46,548 nucleotides of DNA, from positions 1 through 46,548 of the forward strand of contig JAFTKL010000027.1 of the NCBI GenBank assembly GCA_017453285.1. Direction: 5' to 3'. Shown one piece after another: positions 35,296-42,378 of the stretch. The notes under the pieces were generated by a model, which did not search any database, was not told the origin of the DNA, and saw only the letters and a list, made by a program, of their open reading frames with translations. Source of the stretch: Clostridia bacterium (GTDB lineage: Bacteria > Bacillota > Clostridia > Oscillospirales > CAG-272). The position numbers and the translations under genes are program-made. Numbering within the stretch: position 1 is the stretch's first letter; the number at the start of each line of letters is the position of its first letter.

Positions 35296-37302
35296 GTGAG
35301 ACGAACAGCTTCAATTCTGATAATAACGGCGATGCTCCTCGCAGTACTTTTGTCGCTGACGACCGCATCCGCCGCAGAACCGAAATTTTCTACGGATAAA
35401 ACTGTGTACAAGGTCGGAGAGCCGATAATGGTCACCGCATCGAGCGACAACGCGGGCGGTACAGATTGGGTCGGCATCACACCAAAGGACAAAAAGGACC
35501 TCGGAAATCTTACCTGGATATACACCAAGGACACCTCCACAACCTTTGACATACGCAAAGCACCCAATTGGACGACCAACAAAACGCTTATCAAGTACGA
35601 GACCTTCCCCGCAGGCGAATACCTCGTGTATTTTATGCCGAACGACCTCAATTTCAAAGGCAATGAGGATAAGGCACTCGGAGTGATAGAAATAGTTATA
35701 GAGAACGACGACAGATACCCCGTAAAAGCGCCGATCGACGCGAACTATTATATATATGACCTCGATAGCGGCATCTCGGACGGCGTTATCAATATAACGC
35801 TCCCCGCAGAGCACGGCGCGGACGATATAGAGGTCTGGTGGGGCGACGAAAACGGCAGACTCGCAGGCTACACTATGCTCGCGCGATTCAAGGCGCCCAC
35901 GAAGAACGGACCTGTGAAGTTCTACTACGAGCTTGACCGCCGCACCTTTATTCCCGCAGGTGCGACCAGACTTATGATCTACAGCTGCAGCGACGAGCAC
36001 GGCGAGAGCGAGGTAGTTTACTCTGTGCCGCTCGGCAACGCGCAGAGCTACGGCTTTCCCGAGGGCGAGCCTCTGCTCGAGTTCGAGGTCATCAGCGACA
36101 CCCACGTTCACGACGAGACGAGCGCGGCGAATTTCAAGAACGCGCTCAAGGATATCGCACTCAACAGCCCGAACTCCGCAGGCATCTTCCTTGTCGGAGA
36201 TATGGTAGAGAACGGCGGAGATCCTGCTCAGTGGGAGCAGTTCTGGGATACTTATGACTCGGTCGGAGCGGCACCCGAGATATATCTCGGTATAGGTGAT
36301 CACGATCTTCTTGATTACGCAAGCTATGGCGAGGCGGTCGAGAGCTTTATATCTCAGATACGTATGCCCGAGGGTGCCGATCGTACCGACGGCGTGCCAT
36401 ACTACGACCTCTGGCTTGGCGACTACCACTTCATAGTTCTCGGCGACGCCGACGGACTTGCGGAGGGTGAGACCGCGCGCATAGGTGAGGCGCAGTACGA
36501 TTGGCTTGAAGAAAAGCTTTCGGAGGATAACAATTCCCGTCCCGTCTTCCTCTTTATGCATCAGTCGCTCAAAGCTACCGTCGCGGGAAGCGCGGTAAAC
36601 GCAGGCAGATGGGGAATTGAGGACGGCGAGAGACTGCAGAAAATACTCGACTCTCACCCCGAGATCGTGATGTTCAACGGTCACTCGCATTGGACGCTTG
36701 ACGCGGATAATAGCATATACGCGCCCAAAAACAGCGCGGCGATATTCAACACCGCGTCGGTAAGCTATCTGTGGCAGTCCTACGATCTGCCAACGGGCGA
36801 GAGACTTGAGGGAAGTCAGGGTTACTACGTCAAGGTCTATAAGGATAGCGTTGTAGTGCTCGGGCGTGATTTTGCAAATGGTAAATGGGTGTCCTCGGCA
36901 CAGTTCGTGCTTGAAGATAAGACAACGCCCGAGAAGATAGATACGAACGAGCTCGAAAAGCTTATCAAAGACGCTGAGGCTATAGATAAGACCAAGTACA
37001 CAGAGAAGAGTTACAACGCGCTTGCGGTAGTGCTTGAGGGCGCGAAAAAGGCACTCTCGGCAACAGCGCAGACCGAGATCGACGGCGCGGAAAAGTCGCT
37101 CGCGGCGGCGATCGGCGCGCTTGAAGAGATAAAGACAAACGGCGACGGGGAAGAGACTGCTCCGCCCGAGACACCAAAGCCTACCGAAGAGAGCACTACA
37201 GCTCCCGAGGATAAGGGCGGCTGCGGATCGAGCTTCTCAGCCCTCGGCGTGCTTCTCGTATGCACAGCGGGCGCAAGCCTTGTGCTCAAAAAGAGAAGAT
37301 AA
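35296..37302 (+). CDS. Secreted calcineurin-like metallophosphoesterase, tandem paralog 2
   Basis: GTG start. It is colinear with paralog 1 (SDTHVH, GDMVE, GDHD, GHSH) and has a FIVAR-like segment. The C-terminus is GCGSSFSALGVLLVCTAGASLVLKKRR. Confidence 0.8.
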   Translation: MRRTASILIITAMLLAVLLSLTTASAAEPKFSTDKTVYKVGEPIMVTASSDNAGGTDWVGITPKDKKDLGNLTWIYTKDTSTTFDIRKAPNWTTNKTLIKYETFPAGEYLVYFMPNDLNFKGNEDKALGVIEIVIENDDRYPVKAPIDANYYIYDLDSGISDGVINITLPAEHGADDIEVWWGDENGRLAGYTMLARFKAPTKNGPVKFYYELDRRTFIPAGATRLMIYSCSDEHGESEVVYSVPLGNAQSYGFPEGEPLLEFEVISDTHVHDETSAANFKNALKDIALNSPNSAGIFLVGDMVENGGDPAQWEQFWDTYDSVGAAPEIYLGIGDHDLLDYASYGEAVESFISQIRMPEGADRTDGVPYYDLWLGDYHFIVLGDADGLAEGETARIGEAQYDWLEEKLSEDNNSRPVFLFMHQSLKATVAGSAVNAGRWGIEDGERLQKILDSHPEIVMFNGHSHWTLDADNSIYAPKNSAAIFNTASVSYLWQSYDLPTGERLEGSQGYYVKVYKDSVVVLGRDFANGKWVSSAQFVLEDKTTPEKIDTNELEKLIKDAEAIDKTKYTEKSYNALAVVLEGAKKALSATAQTEIDGAEKSLAAAIGALEEIKTNGDGEETAPPETPKPTEESTTAPEDKGGCGSSFSALGVLLVCTAGASLVLKKRR

Positions 37303-37351
37303 ATAGAATTATTTGTTTATAGTATCGTAAAATGTGATTATTGATACATAA

Positions 37352-37391
37352 GAAAACTCCATCACAGACCTTCGTCCATGATGGAGTTTTC
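37352..37391. terminator. Bidirectional terminator between convergent genes
   Basis: gaaaactccatca...tgatggagttttc. Confidence 0.75.
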
Positions 37392-37447
37392 TCGTCCTAT
37401 TCGGTTTTTAGTGATTTCTCCGATAAGAACATCACACTTTTCGTTCG

Positions 37448-38317
37448 CTATTTTTTATTGATGCCCAAATTGAGTTCGTTGAGCAGTGCAGAGCCGAGGA
37501 TGAGGATTCCGCCGATGATCTCGAACGGCGAGATAGGCTCTTGCAGGATGGCGACCGAGGCTATCACCGCGACGAGCGGGTCGATATAGCTCATTACGGC
37601 GACCTCCTGACCGCGCATATCCTTGAGCGAGCTGAAATAAAGGCAATACGCGACGCCGGTGTGGATGAGTCCGACCGTCAGAAGCAGGAAAAGTCCGCTC
37701 ATTTGCAGGGAAGTGAGGTGAAATCCGCCCGTGAGCGCGACGTATGGGATCAGCACTATTGCCGCCGCCGAAAACTGCAGGAGCGTGCGCAGAATTCCGT
37801 CGATCTGCCCGATATATTTGTTGATCAGCACGACGGTTGCGTAAAGGCAAGCCGCGCCGAGTCCGAGAAGCACGCCGACCGTGCTCGTGCCGCCCGAGCC
37901 GATACCCGTGATCAGAAGCACGCCGAGCGTCGAGAATATAAAGCAGAGCCACTGCTTTGCCCTCATTTTTTCCTTGAAGAGAACGAGAGAGAGCAGAGTG
38001 ACGAGCACGGGCGCGAAATAATAGGCGAGCGTCGCGCTGGAGATGGTGGTGTAGCGGTAAGCCTCGAATAGAAGTATCCAATTAAATCCGAGCGCCGCGC
38101 CCGACAGAAAGAGCAGGGGGAGCGCGCGGCGGATGCTCTGCTTAGCGCCCGTGTTATCCTTCTTTCGCACAAGCATAAACGCGCCGACAAGAATTATAGC
38201 TAAGAGCGAGCGGTAGAGCGCGATCTCCGCGGCAGAGAGAGCTATTCCGCGCACGAAAAGACCGATCGTGCCGAAAATGACCATTGACGATATCAAAAAT
38301 ATCCGTGAGCGACCCAT
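37448..38317 (-). CDS. EamA/DMT-family transporter
   Basis: Ten predicted TM segments forming two EamA repeats. The start at 38317 follows RBS aaaggaggg. The upstream part of the longer ORF overlaps the promoter at 38346-38374. Confidence 0.8.
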   Translation of the reverse strand: MGRSRIFLISSMVIFGTIGLFVRGIALSAAEIALYRSLLAIILVGAFMLVRKKDNTGAKQSIRRALPLLFLSGAALGFNWILLFEAYRYTTISSATLAYYFAPVLVTLLSLVLFKEKMRAKQWLCFIFSTLGVLLITGIGSGGTSTVGVLLGLGAACLYATVVLINKYIGQIDGILRTLLQFSAAAIVLIPYVALTGGFHLTSLQMSGLFLLLTVGLIHTGVAYCLYFSSLKDMRGQEVAVMSYIDPLVAVIASVAILQEPISPFEIIGGILILGSALLNELNLGINKK

Positions 38318-38345
38318 ATCCGCCCTCCTTTTGTATGATGGGATA

Positions 38346-38374
38346 ATTATACCATAGAAATGTGCGTATTTCAA
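38346..38374 (-). promoter_or_regulatory. sigA-type promoter of the EamA gene
   Basis: - strand: TTGAAA (38369-38374), 17-nt spacer, TATAAT (38346-38351). Confidence 0.6.
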
Positions 38375-38415
38375 TATAAAAACAAAAAACAGACGGCATA
38401 TACCGTCTGTTTTTA

Positions 38416-38436
38416 TGGCACGGCGTAAGGGATTCG
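38416..38436 (-). repeat. Exact 21-nt copy of the 3' end of tRNA-Arg(ACG), with a copy of its terminator alongside
   Basis: tggcacggcgtaagggattcg at 38416-38436 equals 38599-38619. The flanking hairpins cagacgg..ccgtctg (38390-38410) and ccagacag..ctgtctgg (38571-38592) are also paralogous. Confidence 0.8.
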
Positions 38437-38598
38437 TTCTTGATTTTTGCTCGATGTTTCGGATTTGATCAAGGTAACATCTCGCAAAAATCTTTGGTCA
38501 CCGTTCACAAAACAACTCACAGGGTTGTTTTGTTCACTGCGTTAGAACCCCTCTTGTTGAAATAAAAAACCAGACAGTAGATACTGTCTGGTTTTTTA

Positions 38599-38675
38599 TG
38601 GCACGGCGTAAGGGATTCGAACCCCCGACCTTTTGGTTCGTAGCCAAACACTCTATCCAGCTGAGCTAACGCCGC
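38599..38675 (-). tRNA. tRNA-Arg (anticodon ACG), 77 nt, CCA encoded
   Basis: Manual cloverleaf. Acceptor is GCGGCGT/ACGCCGT. D arm is GCTC-AGCTGGATA-GAGT. Anticodon arm is TTTGG-CTACGAA-CCAAA. T arm is GGGGG-TTCGAAT-CCCTT. It closely resembles Firmicute Arg-ACG tRNAs. Confidence 0.85.
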
Positions 38676-38844
38676 ATGTGCGCTTTCGGAGTACTCTCTC
38701 AATCACGCCCGAATATTTTAACACATTTTTGTGCGTTTGTCAAGAGCTTTTTGAAAAATATTTTGGAAATCGAAAAAATATTTCAATCTGTTGAAAGACT
38801 TGCGTTAATGTGATATAATAAAGAAAAAGCTTAAAGGAGAAAAT

Positions 38845-39492
38845 ATGGCGACCTATCTGTTTGATTTCGACGGTACGCTGGTTGACTCGATGCCGACATA
38901 CGTGGCGGCGGTCTTGCGCGTGCTTGACGATCAGAATATAAAATACGACAAAAAGGCTTTGATCAAGACCATCACGCCGCTCGGCTTTGGCGGTACGGCG
39001 CGCTACTACATAGAGCAGTTTGGACTGACGCTCAGCATCGAGGAAATAGTGGCGCAGATGCACAAAAACGCGCTTGAGGGCTATCTTTATTCCGTGCCCG
39101 CAAAGCAAAATGTTATCAAGACCTTGCGCGCGCTCAGAGATCGCGGCGACGATCTGAGCGTTCTGACCGCGAGTCCGCACGCTACGCTCGATCCCTGCCT
39201 TCGTCGGCTAGGAATATACGATCTTTTTTCTAACGTGTGGTCCTGCGAGGATTTTGCCACCACTAAAGCCGACGTCAACATCTATCTGATGGCGGCAGAA
39301 AAGTTGGGTGTGGCGGTCGGCGAGATGATCTTCCTTGATGACAACTACAACGCAGATCTGACGGCAAAGCGCGCGGGCGCGAAGGTCGTGGGCGTCTACG
39401 ACGAATCCTCGGCAGAGTACGAGAGCGAGATCCGCGGTATTTGCGACGCGTATATCCGCGATTTTTATGAGCTTATCGACCTGAAATTATAA
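38845..39492 (+). CDS. HAD-superfamily hydrolase (subfamily IA phosphatase)
   Basis: Motif I FDFDGTLVDS, motif II LTAS, motif IV FLDDN. Confidence 0.85.
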   Translation: MATYLFDFDGTLVDSMPTYVAAVLRVLDDQNIKYDKKALIKTITPLGFGGTARYYIEQFGLTLSIEEIVAQMHKNALEGYLYSVPAKQNVIKTLRALRDRGDDLSVLTASPHATLDPCLRRLGIYDLFSNVWSCEDFATTKADVNIYLMAAEKLGVAVGEMIFLDDNYNADLTAKRAGAKVVGVYDESSAEYESEIRGICDAYIRDFYELIDLKL

Positions 39493-39518
39493 ATTTTTCA
39501 ACTTTTTTTGCAGGGAAG

Positions 39519-39561
39519 TGTAATAATCGGGCATATTTTTCTGTCTATTAGGGTGAAGGGC
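39519..39561 (+). promoter_or_regulatory. Conserved upstream motif of the sigma paralogs, copy 2
   Basis: tgtaat-N20-ctatta-gggtgaagggc, ending 25 nt before the ATG. Confidence 0.4.
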
Positions 39562-39585
39562 AATCTTTAGAGAGGAGTTTGGACT

Positions 39586-40143
39586 ATGGAAGACAAAAGA
39601 ATAGTGGATCTCTATTGGATGCGCTCCGAGAGTGCGATCAGCGAGACCGACAAGAAATACGGCAAATATTGCCGCTACATAGCCGAGCGCATACTCGAGA
39701 GCGAGGAGGACGCGCACGAGGTGCAGAATGACACCTATCTTCAAGTATGGAACACCGTGCCGCCAAATCGCCCCGATCCGCTCAAACCGTATGTAGGCGC
39801 GATCAGCCGAAATCTCTCGCTCAATCGCTACGAGGCGAAACACGCGCAGAAGCGAGAAGGAGTGCTTGGTGAGGCACTCGAGGAGCTGTCCGAGTGTATT
39901 GCGCAGAAAGATGACATCCCTACCGAGCGTGAAGAGCGACTTGGCGAGCTTCTCGATAGCTTCCTTGCGACACTTCCCAAGCGCACGAGAAGGGTATTTC
40001 TGCGCAGATATTGGTACGCGAGCAGTATAGAGGAGATCGCAAAGGACTACGGAATGAGCGAGAACCACGTGACCGTAATGCTTTGCAGAACCAGAAAAGC
40101 TCTGGCAGATATCTTGCAAAAGGAGGGATTTCTCAATGAATGA
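39586..40143 (+). CDS. RNA polymerase sigma factor, sigma-70 family (ECF-like), paralog 2
   Basis: MEDKRIVDLYWMRSESAISETDKKYG...EVQNDTYLQVW (region 2) and IAKDYGMSENHVTVMLCRTRKAL (region 4). Confidence 0.85.
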   Translation: MEDKRIVDLYWMRSESAISETDKKYGKYCRYIAERILESEEDAHEVQNDTYLQVWNTVPPNRPDPLKPYVGAISRNLSLNRYEAKHAQKREGVLGEALEELSECIAQKDDIPTEREERLGELLDSFLATLPKRTRRVFLRRYWYASSIEEIAKDYGMSENHVTVMLCRTRKALADILQKEGFLNE

Positions 40144-41617
40144 AAAGGATATTTTGAGGGCTCTGGGCGGCGTAAGTCCGGAATTTATAGCCGATGCCGC
40201 ACCGAAAGAAAAGCTCAGACATAGAAACCCGATGCTCTTTCGCCTTATAGCCGCGCTGATCTCGGTGGCGATACTTATGGGCGCGCTCTTCGCGGCGATC
40301 GTAGTGCCCAAAATAGTAAACGAGATGTTCGTCCCCACGCCGTCGCCCTACGGCAGATACGTGCTCTCGCTTGCAAAGTACCCAGAGATGATGCAGATGC
40401 CGAAGAGAGAGGATTATGCGAGCTACAGTGAATATTCTGATGCCAAATACGATTGGCAACGAGCAACGGCAAAGCAATCCGGGTCAGGCTTGAATGGAGA
40501 GTCTGTTGCTAAGCTTTATCCGTTCTTCTCTGATTTTACAAGTGAAGCTTTGAAGACGGATAAAGACGAAAATCTGGTCGTTTCGCCGCTTACAATGTAT
40601 ATGCTTCTTTCTATGCTCGGAGAGATGACCGACGGAGAGACGCGAGAGCAGATATTTGACGTTCTGAACATTTCGACAATCGAGGAACTGCGCACTCTGG
40701 CGAGTGGAGTATGGAATAGTACGTATTGTGATAACGGTGGCTTTAAATCTGTACTTGCTAACTCGGTATGGTTGGATGAGAGCATCAGATTTAACAGAAA
40801 CGTTGCACATACTTTGTCTGAAATCTATTATGCTTCGTCATTTGAGGGCGATTTTTCCAAGAAGAAATACGTTAGTGAATACTGCAATTGGATGAATGAG
40901 AATACGGGAAATCTGTTTGGATTCTCTCCGGAAAATGCGTCCGTTGACGATCAAACCTTGATGAGCATTGTCAGCACGCTGTATTTTGAATCCGCATGGA
41001 GAGATGATAACTCCTTTAACTCAAATAACAACTACAACGATGTTTTCCATACGAATTCGGGTGACGTTGAAGTAACCTATATGAAGAGAATGATCGAACG
41101 TCATCTTTTTGGTTCGGAATACTTTTATGCGACATATCTTGAGCTTGGTAGCGACGGAAAAATGTGGATCTTTCTTCCCGATGAAGAAGACACTGTTGAG
41201 GACGTGTTGTCAAGTAAAGATTTTATGAACTTGGTAACCAAAGGAAACGGTGTTGAATGCAAGGAATATGAAATTACGCTATCCCTGCCAAAGTTTGATA
41301 TTACTTCACATGACAGCGCAGAAAAATATCTTGAAAGACTTGGAATAACCGATATCTTCGGCGCAAATGCTGACTTTTCACCCGTGACAGACAGTAATGT
41401 GGCTGTAGGAGAAATTCTGCAGGGAGCGCGCCTGAAAATAGACGAGGAAGGTGTTGTGGGCGGAGCGTATAGTGAAGCGGTGATTTATTACGGCGAACCA
41501 CTACCCCTTCAAAAGAATATCGATTTAGTAGTAAACCGTCCGTTTGTCGTTGCTATTACAACACGCGCAAACCTGCCGCTCTTTATCGGCGTCGTCAACG
41601 ATCCCACCAAAAATTGA
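40136..41617 (+). CDS. Single-pass membrane protein: anti-sigma-like N-terminus fused to an extracytoplasmic serpin domain
   Basis: 8-nt overlap with the sigma gene. It carries the shared N-motif DILRALGGVSPEFIADAAP and one TM helix. Serpin hallmarks occur in order: NLVVSPLTMYMLLSMLGEMTDGETREQI, NWMNENTGNLF, LPKFDI, LGITDIF, hinge KIDEEGVVGGAYS, NRPFVVAI. Confidence 0.8.
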   Translation: MNEKDILRALGGVSPEFIADAAPKEKLRHRNPMLFRLIAALISVAILMGALFAAIVVPKIVNEMFVPTPSPYGRYVLSLAKYPEMMQMPKREDYASYSEYSDAKYDWQRATAKQSGSGLNGESVAKLYPFFSDFTSEALKTDKDENLVVSPLTMYMLLSMLGEMTDGETREQIFDVLNISTIEELRTLASGVWNSTYCDNGGFKSVLANSVWLDESIRFNRNVAHTLSEIYYASSFEGDFSKKKYVSEYCNWMNENTGNLFGFSPENASVDDQTLMSIVSTLYFESAWRDDNSFNSNNNYNDVFHTNSGDVEVTYMKRMIERHLFGSEYFYATYLELGSDGKMWIFLPDEEDTVEDVLSSKDFMNLVTKGNGVECKEYEITLSLPKFDITSHDSAEKYLERLGITDIFGANADFSPVTDSNVAVGEILQGARLKIDEEGVVGGAYSEAVIYYGEPLPLQKNIDLVVNRPFVVAITTRANLPLFIGVVNDPTKN

Positions 41618-41631
41618 TATATTATCAAGAG

Positions 41632-41663
41632 ACCGCCTGCCGAGTTTTCGGCAGGCGGTTTTG
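41632..41663 (+). terminator. Intrinsic terminator; the identical sequence recurs at 45587
   Basis: accgcctgccgagttttcggcaggcggtttt. Confidence 0.85.
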
Positions 41664-41675
41664 TATTTGATGGAT

Positions 41676-42110
41676 GGACGGAAGTTCATTTTTAACCGAT
41701 ACGACATTGGACAGTCGAGGACGCCTGTCCCTACAAACAAGAGAGATAATCGCCGCGCGTTCGTCATTCAACACAACAACCTATTTCTATCTTGGCGGTA
41801 GGGGCGACCTGTGGTCGCCCGCTTTGAAACAAAAGTTACTTTGTGTCATACAACGGGCGAGATAGATGTTTTTTCTTTGGATTACAGACGGAAGTTCATT
41901 TTTTAACCGTAATGACTATTATCACCTCTCAGTCTGCATACAACTTCGTATCGAGTTTGCTTTGCAAACATCGGCAGACAGCTCTCCTCGAGGAGAGCCT
42001 TTAAGTATCATTGTTTTACGTTTTTTAGGACCGTCGGCAACTTGTTGCGCAACAAGTTGCGCAACAAGTTGCAGGGACGCACGGTCCCTACAATCAGAGA
42101 GATAATCCCC
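41676..42110. repeat. Array of GTAG-tagged REP-like palindromes and other hairpins (array B)
   Basis: Units at 41709-41734 (..cctgtcc-ctac), 41798-41820 (gtag-gggcgacc tgt ggtcgccc, opposite orientation) and 42028-42091 (ggaccgt...acggtcc-ctac). The block acggaagttcattttt(t)aaccg occurs at 41678 and 41888. Palindromes gtttgc/gcaaac and gctctcctcgaggagagc are also present. Confidence 0.65.
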
Positions 42111-42143
42111 ACGGTTTCGGTGGTCGACGGAACGTAAAATCTA

Positions 42144-42368
42144 TATCTCACTCTTCATAATAAAAAGAAACACGCGGTAGGTTGTCTGTCCGCGTGTTTC
42201 TACATCGCTATTAAATTAAACTCAGAAAGGGAATATCGTTATAGGTTACAGTATCCCAAACTTTCGTAGGGAATATCGTTACGAGTTATAACAAAACCCT
42301 TGACCAACCTCCATTCAAGTTCTTTGGCTCCACCTTTCTCGAAAGAAAGGTGGAAAAAACGCATCCCC
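42144..42368 (-). ncRNA. Conserved ~225-nt structured element, copy B
   Basis: Starts (ggggatgcg) 10 nt after the GH25 stop. Hairpin ccacctttc-tcgaaa-gaaaggtgg lies at 42330-42353. It carries the conserved ccaaagaacttgaa and gtttgggatactgtaa blocks. The terminator hairpin at 42167-42200 is followed by ttttt on the - strand, then attatgaagagtga. Confidence 0.45.
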
Positions 42369-42378
42369 AAAACTAACC

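Noticed and set aside
23662-38675. The two tRNA-Arg genes as boundaries of a ~15-kb genomic island.
   Set aside because: The intervening genes (liv operon, phosphoesterases, EamA) have host-like composition. No integrase, transposase or phage gene is present. The partial tRNA copies lie within 200-450 bp of their own tRNAs rather than at a distal island end.
38517-38702. 61-aa ORF on the - strand.
   Set aside because: It is made up almost entirely of the tRNA-Arg(ACG) gene and its terminator.
41544-42105. ORFs 41544..41801, 41674..41865 and 41866..42105.
   Set aside because: They have the same repeat-derived peptide signatures (SRGRLSLQT, GDLWSPA). They overlap a terminator and REP hairpins, and no start context exists.
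42330-42353. Stop-proximal hairpin of the structured element as the gene's own intrinsic terminator.
   Set aside because: On the - strand the T-tract precedes the stem rather than following it, and on the + strand an A-tract follows. So it fits a terminator in neither direction. The real terminator is the distal hairpin at 42167-42200.
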